DNA of 64,000 nucleotides, taken from contig CAYOEO010000005.1 of NCBI GenBank assembly GCA_964403125.1, positions 1,280 to 65,279 of the forward strand, read 5' to 3'. Under the pieces are notes generated by a model, which ran no database searches, was not told where the DNA came from, and worked only from the letters and a program-made list of their open reading frames with translations. The translations under genes were made by a program, and so were the position numbers. Of the stretch, positions 1 to 10,486 are shown piece after piece; positions within the stretch are counted from its first letter, which is position 1; each line of letters starts with the position of its first letter. Source of the DNA: an uncultured Pseudomonadales bacterium. Lineage in GTDB: Bacteria > Pseudomonadota > Gammaproteobacteria > Pseudomonadales > UBA7239.

Positions 1-1
1 G

Positions 2-871
2 TATTCCTTGAGCGCGCAATACCAACGCGGCGTGACAGAAAACGATTACGAAGTGATCGTGATGGAAAATCCTTCTTCGCGTGTTTTGGGCAAAGAAGAA
101 GCAGAAAAGTTTGGCAGCAATTTTCATTATCAAGCCTATCCTGAAACATTGCCTACGCCCGTGAATGCCATGAATTTTGGCGCGGCGCATGCGCGAGGTC
201 GCATGATCGCAGTGATGATCGACGGCGCGCGCATGGTGTCGCCGGGTATCGTCAATTACATTTTGGCAGCCGAGCGCCTGCATCGTGACGTAGTCGTTGC
301 TGTCCCTGGTTATCACCTCGGCAATAAAGTGCAGCAAGAGGCGATGTTGGAAGGTTACGACGAAGCCTATGAGCAAACGCTATTGGAAAAAATTAGTTGG
401 CCGCAAGACGGTTATCGTTTATTTGAAATTTGCTGTTTGTCCGGCACCAGTGCGGGCGGTTATTTGAAACCATTGGGTGAAAGTAATGTATTGGCGATGC
501 CGCGCCATATTTGGGAAAAACTGGGCGGCTACGATCCAGGGTTTACCGAAACGGGCGGCGGTCAATGTAATTTGGATTTGCACAAACGCGCCGTGGAATT
601 GCCAGAAACGGTGTTGGTCACTTTAATCGGCGAAGGTTCTTTCCATCAATTTCATGGTGGTATTACCACAGGCACGCAAGGTGAAGAGCGTTTAAAAGCC
701 ATGCAAGATCATTTCAATCAATACGCTGCGTTGCGTGGTCAGGCTTACACACCTCCGCTGAAGCGCAGCATTTTTCTGGGTGCGATGCCTGATTGCGCGC
801 TGCGTTTTGTACGCCATTCCGCCAGCGTGGTGATGAAAAATCGCGGTGATATTCCGAGGGATTGGAAATGA
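2..871 (+). CDS. GT-A / family-2-like glycosyltransferase, 5'-partial (frame open to window edge)
   Basis: ORF 8..871 stays open back to nt 2. Motifs DYEVIVMENPSS, MIDGARMVSP, VPGYHLG and GEGSFHQFHGGITT align position-for-position with the downstream paralog. That paralog has about 35 extra N-terminal residues, so the true start lies left of the window. Confidence 0.6.
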   Translation, partial: YSLSAQYQRGVTENDYEVIVMENPSSRVLGKEEAEKFGSNFHYQAYPETLPTPVNAMNFGAAHARGRMIAVMIDGARMVSPGIVNYILAAERLHRDVVVAVPGYHLGNKVQQEAMLEGYDEAYEQTLLEKISWPQDGYRLFEICCLSGTSAGGYLKPLGESNVLAMPRHIWEKLGGYDPGFTETGGGQCNLDLHKRAVELPETVLVTLIGEGSFHQFHGGITTGTQGEERLKAMQDHFNQYAALRGQAYTPPLKRSIFLGAMPDCALRFVRHSASVVMKNRGDIPRDWK

Positions 872-1932
872 ATACAGAAAAAAAACCAGCGCTGTCGATC
901 ATCGTCATTGTCTATGACATGCCGCGACAGGCCATGAACACACTGCACAGTTTGGCGTTGCCGTATCAGAAAAATATCACCGCAGATGATTACGAAGTGA
1001 TTGTGGTTGAGAATCGCTCGTCGCGCTGTTTGGATGCTGCGGCTGTCGCAGCATTGGGCTCGCAGTTTCATTATTTTTTGCGCGATGAAGCAGGTGTTTC
1101 GCCAGTGCCAGCAGTGAACTTTGCCTTTGCGCAATGTCGCGGTGCACAAATTGGTTTGATTATTGATGGCGCGCGCATTGTTTCGCCGCGCGTATTGGAA
1201 TACGCCATGATTGCCGCACGTATGACTGATGATGCGTTGGTGATGGTCCCTGGCTATCACCTCGGTGAAAAAGATCACAAGTTTCATTTGCAAGCGCAGC
1301 ACAGTGAAGCACTAGAAATTGAAAAATTATCTGAATTAGCGTGGCAGGAAAACGGCTATCGTTTATTCAAATGGGCGTGTTGGAGTTCCAGCAATCAACG
1401 CGGTTATTTACAACCCATGCAGGAGTGCAATGCGCTGTTTTGTTCGGCAGAAAATTTCAAACGCATCGGTGGCGCGGATGAACGTTTTGATCAAGCAGGC
1501 GGCGGTTCAATCAATTTATATCTGTATCGCAAATTGGGTATGTTGCCGAATATTGTGTTGTATGTGTTGCCGGGCGAGGGCTCGTTCCACCAATTCCACG
1601 GCGGCGTGACTACGCAAGAATTGCCGGAAGATGACGCGCGGCGCGCGGTGTTGAAAGCGTTTGATACGCGTTTAGAAGAAGTGTGGGGTGGACCTTTCAA
1701 GGCGCTGACGCGCGAACCGATTTTGCTCGGCGCTGTGACGCATTGGGCGCAACCATTTTTGGAAAAAGCCTCAGAGATGGCAGCGCAGCGTTTTGCGCGC
1801 CTCACCGCCAATCAAAAACCATTTTGGGATGATGATGCAGGGTTTGAGCGTTTTACTGAAAATGCCGTGAGCTGTTTGAATGATGGCTACGAGAGACCGG
1901 CGATTATGAATCAACAAAAAACGCCGGAATGA
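868..1932 (+). CDS. GT-A / family-2-like glycosyltransferase (tandem paralog of upstream gene)
   Basis: N-terminus PALSIIVIVYDMPRQAMNTLHSL followed by DYEVIVVENRSS resembles a GT2 opening. ATG 868 overlaps the upstream TGA (ATGA at 868-871). The ORF-track start at 862 is a TTG two codons earlier. Confidence 0.6.
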   Translation: MNTEKKPALSIIVIVYDMPRQAMNTLHSLALPYQKNITADDYEVIVVENRSSRCLDAAAVAALGSQFHYFLRDEAGVSPVPAVNFAFAQCRGAQIGLIIDGARIVSPRVLEYAMIAARMTDDALVMVPGYHLGEKDHKFHLQAQHSEALEIEKLSELAWQENGYRLFKWACWSSSNQRGYLQPMQECNALFCSAENFKRIGGADERFDQAGGGSINLYLYRKLGMLPNIVLYVLPGEGSFHQFHGGVTTQELPEDDARRAVLKAFDTRLEEVWGGPFKALTREPILLGAVTHWAQPFLEKASEMAAQRFARLTANQKPFWDDDAGFERFTENAVSCLNDGYERPAIMNQQKTPE

Positions 1933-1933
1933 T

Positions 1934-4774
1934 TCAGGAAAAATAAGTGAGAGGATTATTTTCACGCCGCCAGTCGAGCAGCGTGTCTACCGCAGTATTG
2001 AAGTGCGGCAGCACATCCGCTAAATGCTCGTTCATTTCTTTCTTAATTAGTGTTTCCATCGCATCGCAACAGTGCTTTAGATGCGTTACGCCACAGTAAC
2101 AGCAGGCACCGTGCAGTTTGTGTATGCGCTCGCGGGCTTGTGCTAAATCACTCGTTTGAATGGCTTGCACAATGGCAGTGCGTTCAGCTTCTAGCGTTTG
2201 AAATAGCAAGTTCAGCATTTCGACTGCCGCTTCGGGTTTGTTGCTACAGGCTTGCAAAGCCGCTGGTTTATCGACGCATTCGCCGTAAAACGTCGGCGTA
2301 AAAATATTGCCGCTTTGCATGGGCGCTGCCGTCGTTTGCTCGGTGACAGGCGTTGGTTGCGCTGTTGGTGTTGAGTCCGGCGTAATGTTTTTCTGCGCCC
2401 ACTTCTCCAGCATTTGCAGCAATTGTTGTTCACTGGCGGGCTTGCTCAAAAAGTCATTCATACCCACATTAATCATGTGTTGCTTTTGTTCGGCTAAAGC
2501 GTGCGCAGTGAGGGCGATGATGGCAGTGTTGCGTTGATTGTTTTTTTCGAGATAGCGAATTTTTTTTGTCGCCTCTGTGCCGTCCATCACAGGCATCTGT
2601 ATATCCATGAAAATCACAGAGATTTCTGGATGCTTTTTGTAGCAAGTGACGGCCTCTTCACCATTGGTTGCCAGCAAAACTTTTGCGCCGAGTTCTTGCA
2701 AAATGGTGCTGATTAGTTTCAAGTTGGGCTCGTTGTCATCGACAGCTAGCACCACCGGCGCATTGCCACTAATCGTTAAAGCGGGTACAGAGTTTGCGAT
2801 GGGTAAGCTGCTGGAAAGATTGAGGGTTTGACACAAAACTTCCAGCAAACGGCTTTCCGTCACCGGTTTTTGTAACAGCACCGCAGTAGGAAATTGACCA
2901 GCAAGTTGTGAGCGCGCCGGTGTTGTCAGACTCATAATCACCGCACATTGGTGTTGCTCACAGTGCGCCAAAATTTGCACTAACTGCGCTACTTCTTGCT
3001 CGCTGTAACGTGCGGGAAGATTGACGAGTAGAGCGTGAATCGCTTGCTCAGTGCCGAAGTGGCGATTAATTGCAGGGATTACTTGATCGAGATGATCGGC
3101 GAGCGTGGGTTGTGCGCCCATCGCGGTAAGAATATGGCTGCTGGTTAAACGCGATAATTTTTCTTTATCGCAAACTAGTATGTGATGATGCTCTAGTAAA
3201 TCGCTGTTGTTTTCAGCAGGTTGCGCATCGGGCGTATCAAGATTTACGGTAAACCAAAACGTGGTGTTGCCCGGTTCGCTGTCGTAGCCAATATCGCCAC
3301 CCATTTGCCGCACAATTTTTTGTGAAATCGCCAAGCCCAAACCTGTGCCTGCGTGTTTGCGCGTTGAAGTGCTATCCAACTGCGTGAATGCTTTGAAAAT
3401 TTCATGATTGCCGTTGGGCAGGCCTTTGCCTTGATCGGTGACTTCCAATTTAAGCAGCGTTTTATGCAGTTCGCGTGGTTCAGCCGATACGCGTACCACC
3501 ACGTTACCTGTTTCCGAAAATTTGATGGCATTGCCGACCAAATTGGTCAGCACTTGTTTGATGCGCAATGGATCGCCCAATAAAAGCCGTGGCACATCGC
3601 TGTAAATGATGGGCAGCAGTTCTAAGCCCTTATCGTGTGCACTGGGTGCCAGAATTTGTAGCACATCTTCTACAGTATCTTGGATATTGAGTGAGGTGTA
3701 ATCCAAGACCAGTTTGCCTGCCTCGATTTTAGATAGATCTAGCACGTCGTTGATCAATGTGAGCAGACCTTCTGACGATTTGCGGATATTGCTCAGGTAA
3801 TCCTGTTGTTGTGGATTGAGCGTTGTTTTGAGTAAGAGCTTGCTAAAACCGATGATGCTATTGAGAGGCGTACGAATTTCATGGCTGGTATTGGCCAAGA
3901 ATTCAGATTTAATTTTGCTGGCCTGAATTGCCTCACGGCGTGCGAGATCCAATTCGATATTTTGAATTTCAATTGTTTCTAGCGTTTCGCGTAAATCTTG
4001 TGTTGATTGCTCAATATGGCTTTGCAGGCTTTCTTGTTGTTCATTGAGTGCGCTGTGCATGCTGCGAATAGCGTGATCCAACTCGCGAATTTCAAGCAGG
4101 TTGCTGTCTTCAGTTGGCGCGCTGGCTTCACCTTTGCCGAGTGCTTGCGTATTGGCGGTGACTTTTTTGATGGCATCGGTCAGACGATCACCAAACAGCA
4201 TGGAGAGCCAAAACGCTGCAGATAACACTATAAAGACGATGCTGATATCTATCAGTGTCGTACGGTATTTATGCAACATGATGAAGCTTTGTGAAAATTC
4301 GAGGCGCACCCAGCCGAGAGGCTGTGTATTGGCTGTGTTGTGGTTGAAATGTGTGTCGCCGGATAAACGCGGTTGCCGCACAGGTAGTATCAGTTGGCGC
4401 GTGTTATCGGTGTTGAACTCCACCATTTGGGTAGTAAACAAATTTTCCGCTGAGTTCCAAGCTGTGTGTAACGGGCCTGCATGGACGATTTCTTTGTTTG
4501 TTGCATCATAAAAAGTGATAGCGCGTAGCAGCGGATATTCCAGTGCCAGTTGTGCGGTATTTTCTAGCGATACAACATCATCGTCGCGCAGCGCGTTGTA
4601 GGCTTGCCTAGCCACTTGCTGGCTGTAAACGCTGCTCATTTCATTTTGATAGTGCGTGATGTCGCGCACTAAGGCATAGGTGAGATAAGTGCCGATGGCA
4701 AGTGAGCAGACAATGCCAGGGCCAAGTGCAAATGCGGTGATGTAGGTGCGTAAATTGTTGTAACGCATCTTCAT
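1934..4774 (-). CDS. gacS: Hybrid sensor histidine kinase (HAMP-HisKA-HATPase-REC-Hpt), GacS/BarA type
   Basis: The 946-aa protein has an N-terminal TM segment, an H-box SHEIRTPLNSIIGF, ATPase boxes (LVGNAIKF, DQGKGL, GTGLGLAIS), a receiver (VLAVDDNEPN ... IFMDIQMPVMDG ... LSKP) and a C-terminal Hpt (HKLHGACCYCG). It is divergent from cysM, as described for gacS/lemA in pseudomonads. Confidence 0.85.
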   Translation of the reverse strand: MKMRYNNLRTYITAFALGPGIVCSLAIGTYLTYALVRDITHYQNEMSSVYSQQVARQAYNALRDDDVVSLENTAQLALEYPLLRAITFYDATNKEIVHAGPLHTAWNSAENLFTTQMVEFNTDNTRQLILPVRQPRLSGDTHFNHNTANTQPLGWVRLEFSQSFIMLHKYRTTLIDISIVFIVLSAAFWLSMLFGDRLTDAIKKVTANTQALGKGEASAPTEDSNLLEIRELDHAIRSMHSALNEQQESLQSHIEQSTQDLRETLETIEIQNIELDLARREAIQASKIKSEFLANTSHEIRTPLNSIIGFSKLLLKTTLNPQQQDYLSNIRKSSEGLLTLINDVLDLSKIEAGKLVLDYTSLNIQDTVEDVLQILAPSAHDKGLELLPIIYSDVPRLLLGDPLRIKQVLTNLVGNAIKFSETGNVVVRVSAEPRELHKTLLKLEVTDQGKGLPNGNHEIFKAFTQLDSTSTRKHAGTGLGLAISQKIVRQMGGDIGYDSEPGNTTFWFTVNLDTPDAQPAENNSDLLEHHHILVCDKEKLSRLTSSHILTAMGAQPTLADHLDQVIPAINRHFGTEQAIHALLVNLPARYSEQEVAQLVQILAHCEQHQCAVIMSLTTPARSQLAGQFPTAVLLQKPVTESRLLEVLCQTLNLSSSLPIANSVPALTISGNAPVVLAVDDNEPNLKLISTILQELGAKVLLATNGEEAVTCYKKHPEISVIFMDIQMPVMDGTEATKKIRYLEKNNQRNTAIIALTAHALAEQKQHMINVGMNDFLSKPASEQQLLQMLEKWAQKNITPDSTPTAQPTPVTEQTTAAPMQSGNIFTPTFYGECVDKPAALQACSNKPEAAVEMLNLLFQTLEAERTAIVQAIQTSDLAQARERIHKLHGACCYCGVTHLKHCCDAMETLIKKEMNEHLADVLPHFNTAVDTLLDWRRENNPLTYFS

Positions 4775-4849
4775 GGTGTTTGTTTTGTTGTCATGAGTGA
4801 ATCCGCGTAGAATCCGCGCTGGTTATTCTTGTGCAAGGCGGCTGTCGCG

Positions 4850-5740
4850 ATGGATTATCCCACAATCGAAAGCTGTATCGGCAACACGCCGTTGGTGTGC
4901 TTGCAACGACTCGGACAGGGCAATAACAATCACATCCTATTGAAACTGGAAGGCAACAACCCAGCAGGATCGGTCAAAGATCGTCCCGCCGCCAGCATGA
5001 TTGCAGAAGCGGAGCGCAGCGGGCGCATTCAGCTCGGCGACACCTTGATTGAAGCGACCAGTGGCAACACCGGCATCGCCTTGGCGATGGTGGCTGCTAT
5101 TAAAGGTTATCGCATCATTTTAGTAATGCCTGACAACATGACCGCAGAGCGCAAAGCGGCAATGACAGCTTACGGTGCAGAGTTAGTGTTGGTCACGCAA
5201 GACATCGGCATGGAAGGTGCACGCGATCTGGCATTGCAAATGCAAACCGATGGGCGCGGTAAAGTGTTGGATCAGTTTGGCAACAGTGATAACCCGTTGG
5301 CGCATTATCGCGGCACTGGCCCCGAAATTTGGCAGCAGACTGCTGGGCAAATCACACACTTTGTCAGCTCCATGGGTACAACCGGCACCATCATGGGCAC
5401 TTCGCGTTTTTTGAAAGAAAAAAATCCTGCGATACAAATTGTTGGTTTGCAGCCCAAAGAAGGCTCTAGCATTCCTGGTATTCGCCGTTGGTCGCCTGAT
5501 TATGTGCCAACCATTTTTGATGCCTCGCGCGTCGATGTGGTGATGGATATTGCACAAGCTGATGCTGAGAATACGATGCGTGATTTAGCACGACGTGAAG
5601 GCATTTTTTGCGGTGTTTCTTCCGGCGGTGCGGTGGCTGCCGCTTTGCAATTAGCGCAGACGGTTCACGATGCCACGATTGTTGCGATTATTTGTGATCG
5701 CGGCGATCGCTACCTTTCTTCTGGCATTTTTAATGCTTGA
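4850..5740 (+). CDS. cysM: Cysteine synthase B (O-acetylserine sulfhydrylase B)
   Basis: PLP-enzyme motifs IGNTPLV, NPAGSVKDRPA and TSGNTGIALA are present, and the length is about 297 aa. I prefer ATG 4850 (MDYPTIESCIGNTPLV) over the TTG at 4829 in the ORF track. Confidence 0.85.
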   Translation: MDYPTIESCIGNTPLVCLQRLGQGNNNHILLKLEGNNPAGSVKDRPAASMIAEAERSGRIQLGDTLIEATSGNTGIALAMVAAIKGYRIILVMPDNMTAERKAAMTAYGAELVLVTQDIGMEGARDLALQMQTDGRGKVLDQFGNSDNPLAHYRGTGPEIWQQTAGQITHFVSSMGTTGTIMGTSRFLKEKNPAIQIVGLQPKEGSSIPGIRRWSPDYVPTIFDASRVDVVMDIAQADAENTMRDLARREGIFCGVSSGGAVAAALQLAQTVHDATIVAIICDRGDRYLSSGIFNA

Positions 5741-5769
5741 GATAATTATGTCTTGGTTGTTAAAAGCAC

Positions 5770-8004
5770 ATGGTTAAGATTCGAGAAGATCACCCTTTAG
5801 AAGAGGGTGGCGATGTCGATGTTGCTGCATGGCTCGCGGGTATAGAAGTCATACATGGTTTTACTGCGGAAGAAATTGCGCAGTTGCGTGCAGCCTGCAT
5901 CGTCAGTCGCAGTGCAGAATTGGCGCGCAGTGAATCGGATAAACGCTGGCAAGACACCAGTTGTTTTCGTACCGGTTTGGAGATGGCGGATATCCTCAGT
6001 GAATTGAGTTTGGATGCCGAAACGCTGGTCGCCGCCATTCTTTACCGCGCAGTGCGTGAAGAGCGCATTCCGCTAGTAAAAATCGAACAAGATTTTGGCG
6101 CAGGTGTCGCCGGTTTGATTGAAGGCGTGTTGCGTATGGCGTCTGTTAGCGCCATGCAAAGTCTAGAAGATGAAAGCGTACTGGGGCGCGCTGCCAATGT
6201 GCAGGTGGAAAACTTGCGCAAAATGTTAGTGGCAATTATTGATGATGTGCGCGTTGCGCTAGTCAAAATTGCCGAGCGCACTTGCGCGATTCGTGCAGTC
6301 AAAAATGCATCCGATGCAAAACGGCGACGTGTGGCGAGCGAAGTGATGAAAATCTACGCGCCATTAGCGCATCGCTTGGGTATTGGGCATTTGAAGTGGG
6401 AGCTGGAAGATTTAGCGTTTCGCTATTTAGAGCCGGATGCGTATCGCCGTATTGCTAAGTTGTTGGATGAGCGGCGCATCGATCGCCAGCAGTTTGTTGA
6501 TGAAGCAAAACTGCAATTGGAAACCGCGTTACAACAAGCTGGTGTTGATTGCGAAATCACGGGGCGCGCCAAACACATCTACAGTATTTGGCGGAAAATG
6601 CATAATCGCGGCATCGGCTTTTCGCAGGTGTACGACATCCGCGCGCTGCGGGTTTTGGTATCCAGCACACAAGATTGTTATACCGCTTTGGGTATCGTGC
6701 ACGGTTTGTGGCGCAATATTCCCAACGAGTTTGACGATTACATCGCCAATCCCAAAGAAAACGGTTACCAGTCTTTGCACACGGCAGTGATTGGTCCTGC
6801 GGGAAAAGTATTGGAAGTACAGATTCGCACCTTTGATATGCACAAAGATGCAGAGTTCGGTGTCTGCGCGCATTGGCAGTACAAAGGTTCAGACGCTGCC
6901 GACGAGCAGAGCAGCAGCTACGAAACTAAAATTGAATGGTTGCGCCAAGTGTTGGCGTGGCATGAAGAAACCGGTGGCAATTTAGATTTAGTGAAAGAGT
7001 TGCGCACGGGCGTGGTGCAAGATCGCATCTATGTTTTCACACCGGAAGGGCATGTAGTTGATTTGCCGCAAGGCGCCACTGCTTTGGATTTTGCGTATCA
7101 CATACACACGGGTGTTGGGCATCGCTGTCGCGGTTGTCGCGTGAATGGTCGCGTGGTGCCGCTGTATCAAGTGCTGCACACAGGCGATCAAGTTGAAATT
7201 ATTACCGGTAAACGCGAAGCGCCCAGCCGCGATTGGCTGACGTCTGGTTTGGATTATTTGCACACCGTGCGCGCAAAAACTTGCGTGCAACAGTGGTTTC
7301 GTCAGCAAGCGGCTGACGAAAATATGGAAAACGGACGCATGATTTTGGATCGCGCGTTTCAACGCTTGGCAGTGTCGTCGCAATTGGATTTGGAAGCGTT
7401 AGCGAAAACGTTGGGGTACAAAAAACTCAACGATTTGTATGTTGCTATTGGCACGGGCGAATGCAGTATGACGGTGGTGTTGGATGCTGCGATGCATTCC
7501 GGCGGCGTGATGAAGCAATCGGATTTGCTGTTGGATTGGGAAGCGCAAGTCGAAACGCTATCGCAAGCCATTGTCGGCGCAGAAGGGTACAACTTGCGCG
7601 TAGCGCCATGCTGTAATCCCGTTGAAGGCGATGCCATCGTCGGTGTCATCGATGCAGACAACGTTATTTCCGTGCATCAACAATCTTGCGATCAAGCTCT
7701 GCAAATGCAGTTGGATCATCCTGAACAAATTATGGCATTGCATTGGGGCGGTGTGCGGCGTAGCACTTTTCCTGCATCGATTGCTGTGCACGCTTACGAT
7801 AGACGCGGTTTGCTGCGCGATGTCAGTTCGCTATTAGATAAAGAAGAAGCCAATGTCATTCGCTTGGATACGGTGACTGACAAACAAACCAACTTGGTAG
7901 AGATGCACATCACTTTGGAAATTGAGAGCTTTCAGTTGTTGAGTCGTTTGTTGGAAGCTATCAACCAAATTCCCAATGTCTACAAAGCCAGTCGAGAGGT
8001 TTGA
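5770..8004 (+). CDS. relA: GTP pyrophosphokinase, (p)ppGpp synthetase I
   Basis: This is a 744-aa RelA/SpoT-family protein with synthetase motifs YSIWRKM, GYQSLHT and EVQIRT, plus TGS and ACT-like C-terminal regions. The N-terminal hydrolase HD signature looks degenerate (AILYRAVREE), which favours RelA over SpoT. Confidence 0.9.
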   Translation: MVKIREDHPLEEGGDVDVAAWLAGIEVIHGFTAEEIAQLRAACIVSRSAELARSESDKRWQDTSCFRTGLEMADILSELSLDAETLVAAILYRAVREERIPLVKIEQDFGAGVAGLIEGVLRMASVSAMQSLEDESVLGRAANVQVENLRKMLVAIIDDVRVALVKIAERTCAIRAVKNASDAKRRRVASEVMKIYAPLAHRLGIGHLKWELEDLAFRYLEPDAYRRIAKLLDERRIDRQQFVDEAKLQLETALQQAGVDCEITGRAKHIYSIWRKMHNRGIGFSQVYDIRALRVLVSSTQDCYTALGIVHGLWRNIPNEFDDYIANPKENGYQSLHTAVIGPAGKVLEVQIRTFDMHKDAEFGVCAHWQYKGSDAADEQSSSYETKIEWLRQVLAWHEETGGNLDLVKELRTGVVQDRIYVFTPEGHVVDLPQGATALDFAYHIHTGVGHRCRGCRVNGRVVPLYQVLHTGDQVEIITGKREAPSRDWLTSGLDYLHTVRAKTCVQQWFRQQAADENMENGRMILDRAFQRLAVSSQLDLEALAKTLGYKKLNDLYVAIGTGECSMTVVLDAAMHSGGVMKQSDLLLDWEAQVETLSQAIVGAEGYNLRVAPCCNPVEGDAIVGVIDADNVISVHQQSCDQALQMQLDHPEQIMALHWGGVRRSTFPASIAVHAYDRRGLLRDVSSLLDKEEANVIRLDTVTDKQTNLVEMHITLEIESFQLLSRLLEAINQIPNVYKASREV

Positions 8005-8044
8005 TCTTTCTTCTATATAGGTTTGCTTGAGTAAGCGGATTTAG

Positions 8045-8737
<693 letters not shown>

Positions 8738-8740
8738 AGC

Positions 8741-9703
8741 ATGAAGCGTGCAGTTCTACTGGTCTATCTCGGTTCACCGGCAAGTTATGAACCGCAATCC
8801 ATTCGACAATTTCTCAATCAATTCCTTTCGGACCGGCGCGTCGTAGAAATACCGCGCTGGCTCTGGCTGCCATTGTTGCGCGGCGTCATTTTGCCGCTGC
8901 GCAGCAAACGCGTAGCAAAGTTGTATCAGTCCATCTGGACGGAGCAGGGTTCGCCACTCACGGTCATCAGCAACAGCCAAGCTGCATTGTTAGAAAAATC
9001 TTTGGCATCGCCGGAAATAGCGGTACGCGCAATTGCCGCTTACGGCAATTACCCCTTGCAGCAGTGTGTCGCTGATTTACGCCAGCAAGGTGTCGAACAA
9101 TTTTTAGTGTTACCGATGTACCCACAATATTCAGGCACAACTACGGGTGCGGTGTACGATCAAGTTGTCGAAATCTTTGCGCAACAACGCTACGTGCCTG
9201 ATATTCGCATCATCCGTGAATATTGCTATCGAAAGGATTACATCGCTGCACTGGCGGATTCCATTCGCCAGCACAGAGCACAAAATGATGCAGCAGAGAT
9301 GTTGTTGTTTTCATTTCACGGCATTCCGCAGGCGTGTGTTGAGCGCGGTGATCCCTATTACGAACAATGTTTGCACACCGCGAATGCAGTGGCGAGTGCG
9401 CTGAATCTTGCAAGCCATCAATGGCGCGTTGGTTTTCAATCGCGTTTTGGTCGCGCCAAATGGCTGCAACCGTACACCGATGATGTGTTGGCAGCATTGC
9501 CCGCAGAAGGAATTCGTCGCATTGATGTGGTCTGCCCCGCGTTCGCAGCGGACTGTTTGGAGACGCTAGAAGAAATTGAACACGGTAGTCGCGCGTGTTT
9601 TATGAAAGCCGGTGGGGAATATTTTTCTCGAATTGCGTGCCTCAATGACAGCGAAGCGCACATTGCCATGCTGAACGCGATAGTCGCTGAAAATGATTTT
9701 TAA
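8741..9703 (+). CDS. hemH: Ferrochelatase
   Basis: The 320-aa protein has VLLVYLGSP, QYSGTTTG, FSFHGIP and a LETLEEI-type C-terminal region. It starts 4 nt after the adk stop. Confidence 0.9.
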   Translation: MKRAVLLVYLGSPASYEPQSIRQFLNQFLSDRRVVEIPRWLWLPLLRGVILPLRSKRVAKLYQSIWTEQGSPLTVISNSQAALLEKSLASPEIAVRAIAAYGNYPLQQCVADLRQQGVEQFLVLPMYPQYSGTTTGAVYDQVVEIFAQQRYVPDIRIIREYCYRKDYIAALADSIRQHRAQNDAAEMLLFSFHGIPQACVERGDPYYEQCLHTANAVASALNLASHQWRVGFQSRFGRAKWLQPYTDDVLAALPAEGIRRIDVVCPAFAADCLETLEEIEHGSRACFMKAGGEYFSRIACLNDSEAHIAMLNAIVAENDF

Positions 9704-9722
9704 GAAATTTTTTAGTGTGCAT

Positions 9723-9740
9723 TTGCCCGTTTGGGCAAAA
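9723..9740 (+). terminator. Short hairpin after hemH (7-bp stem TTTGCCC/GGGCAAA, loop GTTT) without a U-tract
   Basis: A perfect inverted repeat is read directly from the DNA. It is followed by an A-run rather than a T-run, so its function as a terminator is doubtful. Confidence 0.25.
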
Positions 9741-9906
9741 AAATGGCAAAAAAGATGAAAAAAAGTCCCCAATAACACAAAAAAATGTTTTTGAGTGGTG
9801 CAAATCTTGAAAAATTAAAATAATATCTGTGTCAAGCCCGTATGGGAGTGGTTACGAGCTTGCAGTAACAAACTATTAACACTACCAAACCATTGAGGAA
9901 TGAAAC

Positions 9907-10425
9907 ATGGCAAAGTCAAAAAAGAAACCAGCTAAGCGCGCAGTTCGCAAAGCAGCTGCTAAGCCAGCAAAAGCACTGTCAGCTTCAGCAATCGTTAGCG
10001 CTTTGAAAGCCAAACTGGCTGCCAAAGCAGAAGCTGATCTGCAAAAGGCTCAGGCAAAGTTCGTTGCCAAGTGGTCTAAGAAGCGTGCTGCTGCTGACAA
10101 GAAGAAGCTCGCTTCTGCTACTAAGAAAGCTGCTGCTAAAGCGAAAGCTGCTGCTAAAAAAGCTGCCGCTAAAGCGAAAGTAGCTGAAAGAAAAGCTGCT
10201 GCTAAAGCGAAAGCTGCTGCTAAAAAATCGGCTGCTAAAGCTGCTAAAGCTGCTAAGAAGCAAGCGAAAGCTGCTGCTAAAGCATCTAAAAAAGCCGCTA
10301 AGCCAGCTAAGAAAGCAAAAAAAGCAGCTAAAGCTAAGCCAGCTAAGAAAGCAAAAGCAGCTAAAGTTAAGCCAGCTAAGAAAAAAGCTGGTGGTAAAAG
10401 AGGTCGTCGCCCAGCTAAGAAATAA
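9907..10425 (+). CDS. Lysine/alanine-rich histone H1-like basic protein (AlgP / PhaF C-terminal-like composition)
   Basis: The 172-aa protein is almost entirely K/A/P (KAAAKAKAAAKK and KPAKKAK repeats). A strong rho-independent terminator lies directly downstream, and GAGGA lies 7 nt upstream of the ATG. Confidence 0.6.
   Translation: MAKSKKKPAKRAVRKAAAKPAKALSASAIVSALKAKLAAKAEADLQKAQAKFVAKWSKKRAAADKKKLASATKKAAAKAKAAAKKAAAKAKVAERKAAAKAKAAAKKSAAKAAKAAKKQAKAAAKASKKAAKPAKKAKKAAKAKPAKKAKAAKVKPAKKKAGGKRGRRPAKK
10126..10227 (+). repeat. Perfect 36-nt direct repeat with 66-nt period inside the H1-like gene
   Basis: aaagctgctgctaaagcgaaagctgctgctaaaaaa occurs at 10126-10161 and again at 10192-10227. 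Confidence 0.9.
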
Positions 10426-10447
10426 TTTCTGGCTAGGCTACAAAAAG

Positions 10448-10475
10448 ACCCCCGGCATCCCCGGGGGTTTTTTTT
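10448..10475 (+). terminator. Rho-independent terminator
   Basis: An 8-bp GC-rich stem (ACCCCCGG 10448-10455 / CCGGGGGT 10461-10468) with a 5-nt loop is followed by a T-run to 10475. Confidence 0.85.
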
Positions 10476-10486
10476 AGATCAGGAGA

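Noticed and set aside
9985-10263. 92-aa minus-strand ORF (SSFSSFSSRFFSSS...) opposite the H1-like gene
   Set aside because: It is the antisense reading of the GCT/AAA-rich repeat. It is a low-complexity Ser/Phe artefact, while the plus-strand gene has a ribosome-binding site and a matching terminator.
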